DNA from: Coniocarpon cinnabarinum
Lineage: Eukaryota
Reading direction: 5' to 3'
Assembly: GCA_051942205.1 (NCBI GenBank)
Contig: JAVECO010000007.1
Location: 186,001 to 250,000, forward strand
DNA length: 64,000 nucleotides
Numbering within the stretch: the first letter of the stretch is position 1; every line of letters starts with the position of its first letter. Positions 10,934 to 24,600 of the stretch are shown here, in pieces. Position numbers and translations under genes: made by a program. The notes under the pieces are model-generated. The model ran no database searches and was not told the origin of the DNA. It worked only from the letters and a program-made list of their open reading frames with translations.

Positions 10934-13900
10934 TCAACCTTCGCTGCGCTCTCTGAGCGGGCTCAGGTCAACCGGATCGTCGTCATCAACGAGTTCATGG
11001 TCATGACGAAGCCTGCTGCCGTGTCGACGGCCAGAGACAGCGTCTGGCAATTGGGCCTGTAAGCGACTCATAAAGGGCGTCACGGACAACGAAGCAGGAG
11101 TGGCCGGTGGGCGAGGTATTTTTGTCCTCAACATGCCCGTGGTCCTTCTCATTGGAGTGTGCAAGTAAGCTGGTGTTGGAGCTGTGGGAGCACCTTCAGT
11201 ATCTCCCGTGAGATTTGCGACACGATTGGGACGTGTGAACGTAGCTCCTCTATTTTCGACCCTGAAACCAGCCTCTGGGAAACCTGGAGCCACAGAGCGT
11301 TGGAGGCGGCGCTCCTCTGCCGCAAATTTCAATCGACGGAGCATCTGTTTGAAGTGCTTCTCTTGATTCCGTTGGCGAATTGAGTTAGCCAATTCGTTGT
11401 GTGAATTGATTCGCAACACAGCAACACCTAGTCTGGCCAGACAAATCTCCGCTAAAGGTAGTTGAATGTGCTCGATTGATAGTCTCCCCGCTTGGTCGCG
11501 CATGTCTTGCAAGTTTCGGCGACGCTCAACTAATGACGCCCATGCCTTTGCAAGCACACGCCGTTCTTGACTGTGTCGCACCTGCTGCTCATGCAAGTAT
11601 AATGTCTGTGTTTTGTCAACCCATTGGGCGAACCATGCCATGGTGAGACCCCTGCTGTGCTGTTTTTCAGCCCGAGTGTGATTTGTGACAATGCGTGTAG
11701 CCGCATCATGCCATTTGCTCAGTGCACGGCGTGTTTGAGACTCTCGCCTTCGCGCGCACACCTTAATATAAGCATCGCGGCGTCGTGATCTCTTCCTATT
11801 CTCATACTGAATGAGCCACCGCCTGATGGTTGGTGTCATGCAGAAGAGAAAGCGGAAACGGCAAGCCCATTCCTCCAATTGCCGTTGCTCGCGCCAGCGT
11901 TTTCTCCAACATACGAATGTTCGACTCAGCTTTTTGTGTTTCCAATACTGTAAAGCTTGCTCCTGAATATGAACTCGCGATGTGACCTCCTGATGTAGTC
12001 GATTCAGTGCGGTCTTCTGAACACGACTTAAGCTTGCGGTTGCTACAAGATGTTCTGCTCTGCCAACGTTCGAGCAAGTGTGCTGAGTTTGCGCCCTCCA
12101 AGCGTAGAAGACCGTGCTCTTTCTGCTATCCACTGTAAGTCGGGCGAAAAGGGTCTTTCTCTCTGCGATTATCCACTTGTAAAGTGCCTGAACTATTACT
12201 CGCTCGTCGACCACTCTTCCTAACGCGAGTGTCCTGACCGAATCGTTCCACTTCGTGAAAGCGTTCCTCGTAATTCGTGAGTCGTGTGTCCTTTTTGATA
12301 CCAATGAGAGCTTTGCTTGGGCCAGCCAAGCCGAAAAGATCGAGCGTTGCGTCTTAAAATTCCGAGCCTGAGTTAAACGCCCGACTGGATTCGAGAAGAA
12401 AAGCCTTCTTCTCCACGTCTCGATGCACCCAATGAGCAGTGAGCGACGCCGATTCTCCAGTGCGCGTGGGCGGATTCGTGCCATCTCTTGTTTGTGAGTG
12501 ACCCAGTGATTCCAGATTTTTCGCAGGAGCTGAACTCTCGCGAATTCACTGGACCAACGGGATCGAATTGCATGCCCCTGTGCCAAATGTGACCAATGAT
12601 CCCAGTAACGATCTTGTACTCGGTTGTCATGCCACGTAGGTGCACGACGTTCGCAGAATTCCCAGAACCACAGTCGATAAGACGCCTGACATCGATGCTC
12701 GCTACGGAAATGCAAGGCCCTTTGTTTGAGAGCCGCTACGCTGTCGCTGCGTGATCTCCACCTACGCAAAAATTTGGAGAGGGCCTGTCGCCGTACTTTG
12801 AATTCATTCACTGCAGTGATGTCTCGCCAGGCGTTGAAGAATCGCGTGCGCAAAATATGTCGACGGGCGGCCGACGTACGTAGAATCTCGTCCGAGGCCA
12901 GCTGAGCCCAGTGGGAAAAGGATCTTGTCAACAAATAAAGGTCGCGAGCGCGTCCGGCTCGATTCTCAAGAATCTCGAAAAATCCGTGCATTTCTTTCTC
13001 ACGTCGACGCGCCAGGAATTGATCACGCCACTGGTCGAGTGCAGTCTTCCGGAGCGTCTCACCAGCTTGCTTGGTCGCAACTTCGACTTTGCGATGGCTG
13101 CTTGAGCGTGATGCTCGTGACTTGTTGAGCCAATCGTGAAAAGTGGAGTGCGCGCGAGCTGCGAGTTTTCGAAATCGAAAGTTCCCAGCTTGGATTTCCC
13201 GTTCGTATTGCGCTGAGTTGTGTGCTGGGCGAGCCTGCGAGGATCTAAATTCTTGCGAGTCGTCTTCGTCGGTCTCACTCACCTCGTCCGAAGCTACCGA
13301 ACGCTCGAACTCATAGATGGAAGGCTCTTCGCGAATCTGCACGATTGGCTTCCGGGGCTGACGGTCTGAATCCGTGGTGTGTTTGCTGGCAAGGTGTTCA
13401 TGCTGGGGCCCAATGGCATAGCCATTTGGTCGAGTATCGGATAAGTGCATTGGGTCATGCGGTTCATCCAATGCATTTTGTATTTCATCTTCTGAAAGAG
13501 ACCGTGTAAGTGGCGCGTGACCTTTGAGGTTATGCGCCCTTAGGGCTAGCTTCTCGCTGTCCTCGAATTCGTTGAATGAAGCTCTCCTCGGTCTTGTGTC
13601 ATCATTTGACTTCTCGACGTTGTGTCCCTCATTGATACCTGGATGACCATCGAATCTTTGCTCGTCATCCGCCTGAGAGGCAGTGCTTGCCCTGTCTCCA
13701 TCGAACACGAGTCGGATTCCCAGGGTCGAGCAAAGATCTGTGAATTGCTCAATAAGGCTCTTCGTCTGTCTCTGTTGGCTTTCGCGCATGCGCAAGAGGA
13801 AGCGGAAGTATTTCTGATCGCGATCGCGATTAATGGCATGTTCGGCGAGGACCGTATCATAAGCTTCAAATAATGCGCGAGATGATTTCTCTGGGGCGGA

Positions 13901-14046
13901 TTCGGCGCGCGAGATGATTTCATGGAGGAGCTCGATGTCTGTGCTTTGGCCATGAGTGTCTGAAAGTGCGCGCACACAACGGGCTGCGGTAACGCACCTG
14001 ATTCTGTGAGGTAGGGCAGAGCAAAGCGGTTGCGGGTCTCTGACAT
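10934..14046 (-). CDS. SFI1: Spindle pole body half-bridge protein Sfi1
   Basis: ATG 14046 (MSETRNRF...) with intron 13939-13997 joining to DIELLHEII. Many Trp/Arg-rich Sfi1 repeats (FSHWAQL, FNAWRD, FTKWND, LYKWII) and a TP-rich C-terminus. Confidence 0.88.
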
Positions 14047-14463
14047 GGGCGTGCGTCTCGCCCACAGTACATTACCGGATGCATGTGCGTGGTAGGAGCA
14101 TGCAAAGGAGCAATGCTAAGTCTAGTTTAACTACTATCTGCTGAAACACTGTACGAGGGAGATGAAGAAGGATAGTAAGTCCAGAGCTGTCGCGAGGTCC
14201 TGTGCAGAAACTCCATGACTGAAAGCCCGGCGCGTAGAGAGTAGATGCGACGACGCGCTAACAAAACAAAGCAATTGGCGCATTCGTAATTTACGTGGAA
14301 GCCTCAAATCTCAGGCATAAGCAGCCATTGATAATGGCGTCACGGCTTCTTCATTCGATTGTGATGGTGTCTTCTTTTGATCGTATCTTTACTTTTGACG
14401 GATGGGGCGGTAGAGACTTAGTTGTCCCGATCTGTTGCTTAAAGGCTTTAACGCAGCTCCAAA

Positions 14464-14708
14464 ATGCCGCCACCGCCCGTCTCTCAGCGGGTCAGACCTC
14501 TGCAGCGTTTTGCTGAAGCTGCTTCAAAATGCGTGCCAGAAGGTCGTGCATATGGAAAGTGCATTATGGCCGATTACAACAACGTCTACAAAGATAAGTG
14601 TTTGGCTGAGTTTATGGTCCTCAAGGACTGTTATCTCGTGCGCAATGAGCAAATTCTAGATAGAGGCCGTGGCTGATAGAGATGCAGAGGCATGCCAAGA
14701 AGACGTAG
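14464..14708 (+). CDS. Small twin-CX9C mitochondrial protein, NDUFAF8 (complex I assembly factor 8)-like
   Basis: MPPPPVSQRVRPLQRFAEAASKCVPEGRAYGKCIMADYNNVYKDKCLAEFMVLKDCYL, then intron 14638-14687 and RHAKKT*. Two CX9C pairs. Confidence 0.8.
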
Positions 14709-15416
14709 ACCTATCACGTGGATGCTTGTCAACGAGGTCCTTCTTTACGAGCCGAATCAATATCAGAAACACCCCTCCAAACAAGCAACGCTCGCGTCAT
14801 TTTAGGAGGTGAGGAAGTTATACTCAACGCATTCCAGCTGTCTGACAGTGGCTCTCCGTTGCGGTGCGGCGCTGCCTCCTCATGAAAGCCCGAATTCCGT
14901 TGCGAAGCAAGTTGTGCACTATGCAAATCTTACGAGCATGGAAGCTGCGAGTAGTCCGGTGAGCTGGACGGGAGCAACTCTTTTGGCGCGGGCTATGCGG
15001 GGTGTGCTGGCACGCCTTAATGGTCGCCAGAGATTGAGCGAACCGGCGAAAACCTCATCGGCATGGCGCGTACAGGACCGGAGTTGGGTTCAGAAGGCAG
15101 CTGGGGCATTTGCGAGTGATGGGTGGAGTGGGACACTCTGGTGAAGCACGAGGATTGAGTAGTATAACAGTTGTGATTAGGGTAAGAACCCTAACGGAAA
15201 ATGCTCTAAACTGGTGCTGTCAGACCTCTTCGGACGCGTATCTACAGCATGTAGTCACATTACATTTCTGAAGAGCAGCTCTTGCATCAATGACCGTGCG
15301 ACACGTTTGCACTGTCCCAGTATGCCGAAACCATAATTCGCCCAAGCTCATTCCTACAATGGGTTTGTGAAAATCGAGTCAGAGCTTCTGGAACCCACTC
15401 TTCCTTAGTAGGCACC

Positions 15417-18400
15417 ATGGACGCTGCTGAGGCACCCAGCAGTTTCTTTCGTGTCGACGAGTGTAACGATCAGACTGAACCCGATGACGCCGAGGAGTCG
15501 GTACAGCAAAATGATGGTGCTGAAGAGACATGGCCTGTCGATGCTGGAGGGCTACAAGATGCCCAAGGTCTTCCTAACCCTCCCACAGATGACATGGCTG
15601 ATACTGGACAACCGGCAGCGTCCGGCTCGCCCGGCAGGCCTATGCTTCGTCGAGATCAATGGGCTCCCGCACCACAGAATCCGCCTCCGCTTGCGCCTTC
15701 GGAGACCGCTGTAGAAGAAGGGGATGTCGCCACGGACTCTCTTTCGATGGCGCAGCTGCGACGCATTGTGCAGGAGATGCCAAAGAAGGAGGCGACGCCT
15801 TACGCCTTCGAATACAGTGATACATCGAGCTTTGAAGAAGAGGTTGAAGAGCTATTTGAGTATTCACGAGAAGAACGTAAGAGTCTGGAGCTGATGGCCC
15901 AAACCTTCTCTCTAATGTGGGAGACGTGGCAGTTGGAAGGTATTACTGAGTCCACGAGCTCGTATGAAGGGTCTATGGCGTGGTCAAATGCACAAAACTC
16001 GCTCAAAGAAGGTTTTCTTCGAAAAGTCAAGGACGACATGCTGTCCAATACACATGACAAGCCTTGTAAAGCACCTGCCGCGCTTGCCTATCTCGTACTT
16101 GGCTGCTGGAGGGAAACCGCTGATGAGAACAGAAAAAATGTTTCACCATCCAATGATTCAACGCAAAGCCAAGAGGGAGATGCCAGTCATATCAAAGACA
16201 GTCCGCAAGTTACTGAGATGAAGTCTAACATCTTGCTCGTCACCGAATGCGTTGGCATCGGTGCTGTGTTTGATGCCATGAAATCTGCCTGTGCTCACCT
16301 GTTGTATGTAGAACTATCAGATCTTCCTTACATTGAATTGACATTGACTTGTATTAGTCCGGACAGTGCCAGATTCAATGAATACCCATCCGATTCTCCT
16401 GCTTCACAATCAGAGCTCTATAGATTCCGATGTTGCACAGTAGTCTTATACCTTTTCTTCGATTATGCCAAGCGTCTCAATGAACAGGATCCTGACCACA
16501 CGCTTACCTCCCAATGCTGTAAGGATCGCTTCTCCATTGGACGAACTCGAACATGCAACTCATCAAAGTGTAGCGTCAGAGTCTCTAAAAATCCTACACC
16601 ATCTGACCGACTTGTTGGCTCACCTGCGGTGGAGCGAATATGAGTCCCCTGGCTTTCCCCTACTGAAGGTGTGTGAATGGGACGTTATCCTGCATTAAAG
16701 GGTTCAGCTGATTTTTGCAGGCCCTATGTCTGCTCTGGAAAATAGTTCTCTTCGCTTTCGGAGGGACCAAGGACGCCGAGCGTATCAAAGAGTCCCTGAG
16801 CGATGATGTGCAGACCAAGGGCAAAGATGGAGAATACTTTCCACAAATATCCACCTCGCCACTCGATTATCATCTCTTCCGACAAGAGATCACTTCGAAA
16901 TACCCAGCTTTCGATCCTCCTCAACCACTGTTTCCTTTCGAGGCAGAAACAACATCAATGATTCCTCAGCCCCAAGATCACGCTCGTTCAGATAGCCGAA
17001 GTGAGAATGTCGGACTGGCGAACGTTAATGGGGGAGGCTCGTCAATCTTTCATCAACCTGTGCACATCGCTACACCTGCGCCCTCTCCTCCGCCTTCACC
17101 TGCTGGCCCGGGAGGAAAGGGCATCAAGAAACAGAACTATCAGACCAACCAGCTGTTCCCCTTCCTGTATCCACCGCTGGATGACACCAGCAATTCAATA
17201 GGCGGAAAAGGCGGTACAGAGCTTCAGGATCTTCTAGTCGGTCGCAAGTGGGAAGGCAGGGATATACCGACCTCTATTCTGGAGGCGGCTGATATCTTTG
17301 CTTCTCGCATGCGAGCCTCGCGAGCTCTCAAACAATTATGGGATGAGCGCGTGCGGTTCATCAAGTATGAACGAGGGTACCTGGACTCGAGTAATGACCA
17401 AACAGAGGACTTGATAGAAGGGGAATCGACGAAGGAGACAACAGGAGAGTCAGTCGTGAGATCACAGACGGATGCCATGGCAGATAAACTTGATGAAGAG
17501 TCACGGAAAAAGTTAGCCAGCGTGGAGAAGTTCTACGTAAGTCTTTGTATCAACCTACCATCGCTCTAACTAACCGTTCCCAGTCCACGCAGCTGCCTCG
17601 ACTTCAGTCCGTGGTCATTGTCCTGCTTAAGGTGCTTCTGCAGACCGTCACAACGCTGGTCACCCAGCCAAATGCTCCGAACGGCCTCCAGACAGGCTTC
17701 GAGTCGCCGGAGCATCGTTCACAAGACAAACCCAAGACCAATGGAGATGGCGCGACAGATGCGCCTGAAGAACATGACGCCGGCGTTGAAAACATCAATA
17801 ACATCAGGAACCAAGAGATAATGGGTAAGGCTGTTTCGGGCACCCTTCTCTTGCTACTCAAGTGGTTCAAACTTTCTCGTAAGTCGACCAGGCAGTGTTA
17901 AGTCTTGATAAGCGATGCTAAATGCCGACAGATATTCTCAAATTCGAGTATCTTACGCAGCTTCTCTTGGATTCGAATTACGTCCAACTCGTCCTCAAGC
18001 TTTTCACGCATCAAGAGTTGGAACGTGCGGTCAACGTGAAATACGAAAAGCCAAATCTCAAGTATGGTCCGCACCTACTCATGCCGAGAATGACCACTGA
18101 CGCTCATAGTTTCTTCGCCTGGTGTCGCCGCAACGCTGCTGCGTCATCCACGTCCTCAGAACCCAACTCTGCGTCAGATCCACCAACAGCGCAACCCGAT
18201 CCCGAAGACGACGCCGTTCCGCCACCAATTCCTCGCTCAGCCACCCACGTTCAGACTGAGACATCTGATCCTCTCACGGACTCGCTTAACACAACGGAAG
18301 CACCACTCACAGCCATGCCTCCTGAAGTGGATGAGCTCGGATTTTCCACATCATCACCACCTCCTCAACCCATCACGTCCTACTCCTGGCGCACCTTCTT

Positions 18401-19109
18401 CTCCTCCATCAACTTCCTGCGCATCTTGCAGAAAATCGTCAAGTCGAAGCCCCATCGCCAGCTGCTCATGGTGCAATACAAGTACTCGAACATCCTTAAG
18501 AAGTCGCTCAAAGTGCCGCAGCCAGATGTGCGTCTGTACACGCTGAAGATCATTAAAGGGCAGGTGCCCTACTGTCATCGGAAGTGGCGCCAGAGTAACA
18601 TGCGTATCATTACGGCTATTTACTTGCACTGCAAGCCGGAGCTGAGGGATGATTGGCTGGCAGGACTGACGATGGAGGAAGAAATGGGGGAGGCGCTTCC
18701 GCAAGAACAGGCGTTGAGAAGCTTGACGTATTGGTTCAACTTGAGGCGCTATCCCGAGGGCATGACGGGCGAGGGCAAGGAGAAAGCAAGGGGTCTCATG
18801 GACGAGGAGCAGGATTTCTTCGTGAGGGAGCTGGAGGGCATGGAGGCGCATGTGGGAGACAATGGTGAGTGAGAAACGTGCTGGCTTCGCAAAGCCGCGA
18901 AAGGCATTGAGCTGACGAAAACGCATTCAGGCATGGCGGGCAACCCTGACAGTGCGGGACTGCCGACTGGTCGACCAGAAGCCGAGGTCGATCCGCTTGA
19001 TCCAACGGCAGATCTGGCGGGCTGGTCGAAAGAGGAACGAGAGGTATTTTTGCAGCGGACGAGAGAGATCATGGAAGCGGAAGAACGGAGTGTCCTCACC
19101 AAATGGTAA
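15417..19109 (+). CDS. FAR11: STRIPAK component Far11/HAM-2/PRO22 (N1221 + DUF3402 domains)
   Basis: Predicted introns 16304-16357, 16519-16573, 16669-16720, 17537-17583, 17879-17931, 18062-18109 and 18865-18930. Motifs TDSLSMAQLRR, SPLDYHLFRQEITSKYP, KQNYQTNQLFPFLYPP, KWRQSNMRIITAIYLHCKPELRDDWL. Confidence 0.92.
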
Positions 19110-19364
19110 TGTGATTCAAAGGCTGGACAAGAAACCTTGCAAGCACTTTTGGAGGCAGACACTTCAATCTCTTTTGTTGCATTTGGTCGACGCAATTGTG
19201 CAAGAACGATTCTCCATCATCGGATGCGTATGACAGTCATGTTATGCGTGAGTGTTGAAACAGGACAGACTCCAGGAGAAAGAACGTTTTTGGCTCCCCT
19301 GCCCTCACTCCCGAGGATCAATACGATACTCTCGTCCGCGTCATCGACGCATCAAAGCATCGGT

Positions 19365-21036
19365 TCATACATTGGGTTCCTTCACAGACTCCTCTGCTCT
19401 TTCTGCCCGCTCAACCCACTCACCCTTCTCCCTGCGCAACCTACTCATCTGGGCTTCCAAGATCTCGACCCGGCGTTCCGCCGCATCCGCCCGCTCCATC
19501 TCCTCTGCTGCCCTCTCCTCTGCCTCCGCTGCCCGCTCCTCGGCCTCGGCGACTAGCGTCTCTCCTTCTTCCGCTTTTTCCTCCGCGTTGTCCGCGCGCT
19601 CCTCCGCCTCGGCGGCTCCTTGGATTGCATTGCTCCACTCGCTTTCTAGCTCCCTCTCTCGCTGTTCAAGTCGATGACATTGCATCTTCAGCGCTTCGAT
19701 TTCGCATGTCTGATGCTGCAACGCGTCTTGAAGTGCATCATTGTGATCGCGCAACTCGATTGCTTCTTTCGTGCGGCGGTGCAATGCTCCATGCATCGCT
19801 TTGTTTCGGTCCTCTGACTTCTCGAGATCGCTCAACAGTGCCGTATTGTCTTTATTGAACGTCATATTGTCGCTGGAGAGTGTCGCGTTCTCGTCTTCGA
19901 GCTTGAAGAGGTCTAATTTCAAGGTTGACTTCTCCTCTTCCATCTCGAGACGTTGACGGAAGTGCAGATCAATCCGTCTTTGAAACCTAAGTAATTCAGC
20001 TCTGTGAGATTGTTGCTGATTTTGTCGAAAGTGCGCGGTTTGCGCGGGACTTGTGGATTGGCAAGTCGATTGCGGGACTTGGAGTTGCTGAGCTGAGGAA
20101 GAGCTGCTCGTGAGTAAAGGTGCAGGTGCTTCGACTCTGCGATTGTGGTCGCTGTGGAGACGCAGTTGGTGGAGGCGGTGGCGAAGAGTTGTGCTGCGGT
20201 CTCTTTCGAGGGCGAGACAGAGTTGAGCCCGGAGAAGGTGCCGCTCGTGGTGGGTATTGGCGGTTTGGAGAGGCTCGATCTGGTGGGAAAGGTTAGTTGC
20301 GGATATTGATGGCTCTGAGCTGGCAGTTGAAGCTATGAGCGTTTTGAGCAGTTGCTCATGCGCAGATGAGTTGATGAGGGGATTCGGGTTATGAATGAAA
20401 AGGCAGTCATGGAGGTGCCTAGTTGCTTGGACATCGCTGCCTTTGTGTAGAGAAGAACCAGCTCCGTGTGCGTTGCGTGTAAGAGCTTCACACTCGAAAG
20501 CTGACATCTTCTTCATGATACAGGGAGTCGATAAAGCGACATGATGGCAACGTCTTTCAAACAGCACAACATGCACGCGCATAGCAGAATCGCAAGCCTA
20601 ATTCTTCTCTTCCCGACGCCAGAACATACGAAACACAACGAAAAAGCGCTGTCCAACTTACCCGCCTTGTCAAACGCCTAACCTCCTCCATTAACTCCTC
20701 CACAACCCCATCCAATTTTCTCATCTGCCTCGCCCGCCACTCCAACTCCCACCCCTGCTGCTGGACCTCCCTCTGCAGCGCCGTGACCTCCTCCCAGGTC
20801 ATCGGCATCGCGACCCCACGATGCGCAACGAAACCGCTCCTCGAGTCGCGCGTCGGCGGAGGCGTGGCCGTCGCGCTCGTTGCTGTAGAGGAGCGACGCA
20901 CTCGTCGCGGATCCGGCGTGAGGGGGCGATCGTCGATGTCGCCAGTTTGCTCGGCGAGACGCTGGCGGTAGAGCACGGCGTCGACGTCGGGGTTGCCGGT
21001 TGAGAGGGGGATGAAGGGTGCTAACTCGGCCTCCAT
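19365..21036 (-). CDS. Hypothetical coiled-coil protein (~429 aa), two exons
   Basis: ORFs 20557-21036 and 19365-20582 join in phase 0 via a 382-nt intron (GTAAGT at 20661; CTAAC branch and CAG ending at 20280). Long heptad and AEE-repeat tail. Confidence 0.6.
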
Positions 21037-21632
21037 AGATATAGCACGTGGATGGTGTAAGTTCTGAGTGGGATTTGCTCTGGCCTAGCAAGAGTGATGG
21101 CAAGGCAGAGACTATTGAGCGAGGAGTAAAGTGGAGAGAAATAAGAAAGTAAGGAAATGGGTGTATGCAGGTTGTTCATATGTGGCGTTGCTCTGACAGA
21201 GCGCCTTCCCGCTCTGACATGTCAGAGCGTTTCCTCTGAGAGTATGTTAGGCTAACACCCAACAGCACATAACGTTGCGCGGCATGTACTCCCCAGCGCT
21301 TCCAGTTGTCGGCATGGGTACGTAGTGCTGTCTTCATCATGCCAATCTCGTGGGGGTATGTGCTCTTGCTCACGTTCACGCTTTTTACAACAACGAGACA
21401 TGGCGCAAAGGCCTGGACGTCACAACTGCCATTGTTGAGCTTAGGTCCAGTGCTGGACTCGTGCATATTTACACTGTAATCACGTCCTGCCATACTAATA
21501 AAACAATCATTGCAAAGGGGTATCTCCGGCGGGAACGTCTATAGCCTGATCGTTGCAATATCCCCAAAATGCCTCCAAACGCCTCAGACGCCATGCAAGC
21601 CTTCTATGTACAATCAACCCCTGGCTTGCCAT

Positions 21633-24600
21633 TCAATTACTCCGTTTCAAAATTCGCTTGAAGGTACTCTTAGGTGTGAATGCAGAGGCAGGGCCAGCTT
21701 TCGCGTCCTCGACTTCTTCAGTAGCCTCTTGGCTCGCACCCCCACCAAACGCCTCCTTGTTACTGCCTTTGAAACTTCCTCGCCGTGATCCTGTTGGCGA
21801 CGTGACTGTCTCGGCATAGTCTGACTTTCGGAAATGCGCGCGATGCGTGAGTTCTGACAAGCCTCGTTGCAGCGCAAATCGTCCGCCCTTGATAGTGCCA
21901 AGAGCCCCTTGCAGATTCGAATGACTACTTTCGTTGTCGCCAACTGGAGCGTCGAAGTCTTGTGAGGCAGACTGTACGTGGATCTTCGGCGTAGGCGGTC
22001 TAGAATCGTCGGCCTCCATGTCCGAATCTGCATCTTCCACGCCCTCTTCAGGACTTTCAGGCGTCGGTGCAAGGCTACTGGCGTAACTGCTTGATGCGAG
22101 ATCCCGCATGCTGCGACTAGTGCTTGCATAACTTGGGCGGCCAGTTGGCACATCACTCTCGGTCACGTCACTAAAGCGAGGAGAGGGTGTCACGGCATCG
22201 GTGTCGATGCTTGTCCGGCTTGAATCATACAAGCCATAGACGCTATCGGCTGCACTGCCGTCATAGTGGGCGAGGTCCGTGTGGCTGCTTGAAAGCACTG
22301 CGCTGCGTGTTGCTTGCTCTCGAAGCTTGCTCTGCTGCTGACCTTTGAAATGCTTGTGGTGAGTGAACTTGTTGCCGATAATGGTACCTGTATGACTGAT
22401 CAAGGCTCTGATGATGTCTTTCTTGAGAGCCAGTGCCAGATCCAAATTTGACCAAGTTTTGTTGCGGTATTCAATAGTCGGTAAGGTAAAGACTAGGTTG
22501 TGGATATCTTCGAAGTTCCGATTACCCCTTCCCTTGTAGCTGAGACAGAGAGCTACCGAGGGAAGCTTCACGTAAACGAGAGACATATAACTTGATGCCC
22601 GGTTGAGCATTTTCGTCAGATCATCCGACCTCTCCTTGGAACCTTTGCGCCGTTCTTTGCTCCTTGCTCTACTTTTGCGCGAGTCCACAGATGCTGACCG
22701 AGTGCTCTTAGCAACACCGGAGAGACGACCGTACTTGTCCGCTTTGGTGACTTTGTCTGAACTGGCGGATTGAATGTTATTGGATCGATTCTTCGCACGA
22801 GCAGTGGCCGCTCTAAGACTTTCATTCGACGGTTTCGTCGACAGGGCTTCTGACTTCGCTGAAGACCGCGTATCGGTGTCACGGAAGAGCTTGCGGAAAT
22901 CATGGCTGTTCTTATTGAACGCGAGGCCAGCTTTGTGAAGCTTGCTAGAAGAGTGTGACGCCTTCATTGACGTATGCTTGCGGTCTGGCAGAATGTGGGT
23001 CGGAGTGAGACGGTATTCAAGACGGCCTGCGCCCGTGGAATTGTCCAGAGGAGTCGTTGTCATTGCTGGATTGCGCACGGCGTCTTTGAGAGATTGTCTA
23101 CGGGAGTCGGCTTGTACTGCTTGCTCCAGATCGTCCTCTTCGTCGTCTTCATGAAGTTGATGTTTGACCATGAACGGGGACTGGCCACTTTCTCCAGTTC
23201 CCTTGCCTGGGAAGATGTATTCAAATAGGCGTCGACCGGTCTCGTACTCCAGTTGCACTTGAATAGGATGAACATTAACTTCAAAAGTATCGACAACGGG
23301 TATGCCAGCCACAGCGTCAAGCATGTGCCAATTGACGCGAAGCATCTTCAGACCTTCATCACTGAGACTTGCCTTGTAAGGTGTCAGGATGTCTGGATAG
23401 ATAGCGGTGTCCAAGAGATTTAGCCCATGGATCTTGTCAATCTCTATCATGTTCGTATTGGAGCCATCGCTGTTGTCAACACGTTCGAAGGTTGCATTCC
23501 TGAGCTGGAATTCTGCAAGCGGCTTTTTCGCCTCCCGAGTGAGGTGCCATACGATTTCTTCTGACGAGAGATCATACCGCAGCGTTCCCGTAACTTGCGA
23601 GTCACCCGCTTTGTCGTCGGTCCGCCTTTGAGAAGATGTAATAGCCTTCATGATGAAGAAGAGTTCCTCCTCACATTTGGTAATATCCTTTTCAAGAGTA
23701 ATCCGATCTTGCCAGCCTTTCCGATCCAAGAAGCGCTCGTTGATATGGAAATGTGTCTTGATTTCCTCGAGTTGTCTGATGCGTTCCTGCAGGCTGACGA
23801 GCATCTCAGGGGCGCCTCTCAAGTCACTAAAATCTGATGCCAGCATGATCTTCTCCAATTTCTCGTTTCTCGTCTTCTCAAGGGGGTCGCTGTACATTAA
23901 TAGATCCACAACAATGGTGTATATCGCGTAATACTGAGTTGAGTCACAGAGAGCTCTCAAGCGGGGAAAATCTATCCAAAGATGATCCATAGACGAATCT
24001 AGTATGCCGGGCCTACGGGACCGGGCGCCATAATCATCGTTCACGTCGTCATTGTACTTCAGCCGCAACTGATTGTATTTGTCGTAACGCAGACTTGCAG
24101 AAGTCTTTTGCACCACTCGCGAGAAGCCGTGCGACTCGAACGAGCCAATGTCGAAGTCGAAGACCACCTCCAGAGGCACCCACGGCGGCCAGGAAGATGC
24201 CAATGATGCTCCATACGTAAAGTCTGAGTACATGTGCAGGAAGTCAAACGAAGCGGACTGCTTGTGCGTTACGAAGAACTGCGTGTTTTCCATCTCGGAA
24301 GTAAAACGACGCTGCACCAACCCGCTGACTTCATCGGATAGGCGCTCTTCATCCATGATCTGGTAGACTTTGAGCCGAATGCCCCTTGCTGTAAGCAGCA
24401 CAGCCGACTTGGCGTTTTTCTGGCTCTGAAATTGTATTTGAGGGGCAACAAGCCGCACATGATATGTGTTCTGCACCACGAAACCGTGAGCAACGTGTTG
24501 GTCTGCTTGATTAGCAACTGATCGGCTTCGGCTGCCTTCTGATGCGTTGATATCGTCGGCATCCACAAACTTTTTACCGTCGTTAAGCAACTGCTGGATT

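Noticed and set aside
13920..14105. ORF-track starts for SFI1 (14065) and neighbouring short ORFs
   Set aside because: Non-ATG start running through an intron; the spliced start at 14046 fits better.
15177..15195. TTAGGG...AACCCTAAC as a telomerase RNA template or telomere remnant
   Set aside because: Single short match in a ~700-bp gap, too small for the kb-scale telomerase RNAs of filamentous ascomycetes; no repeat array.
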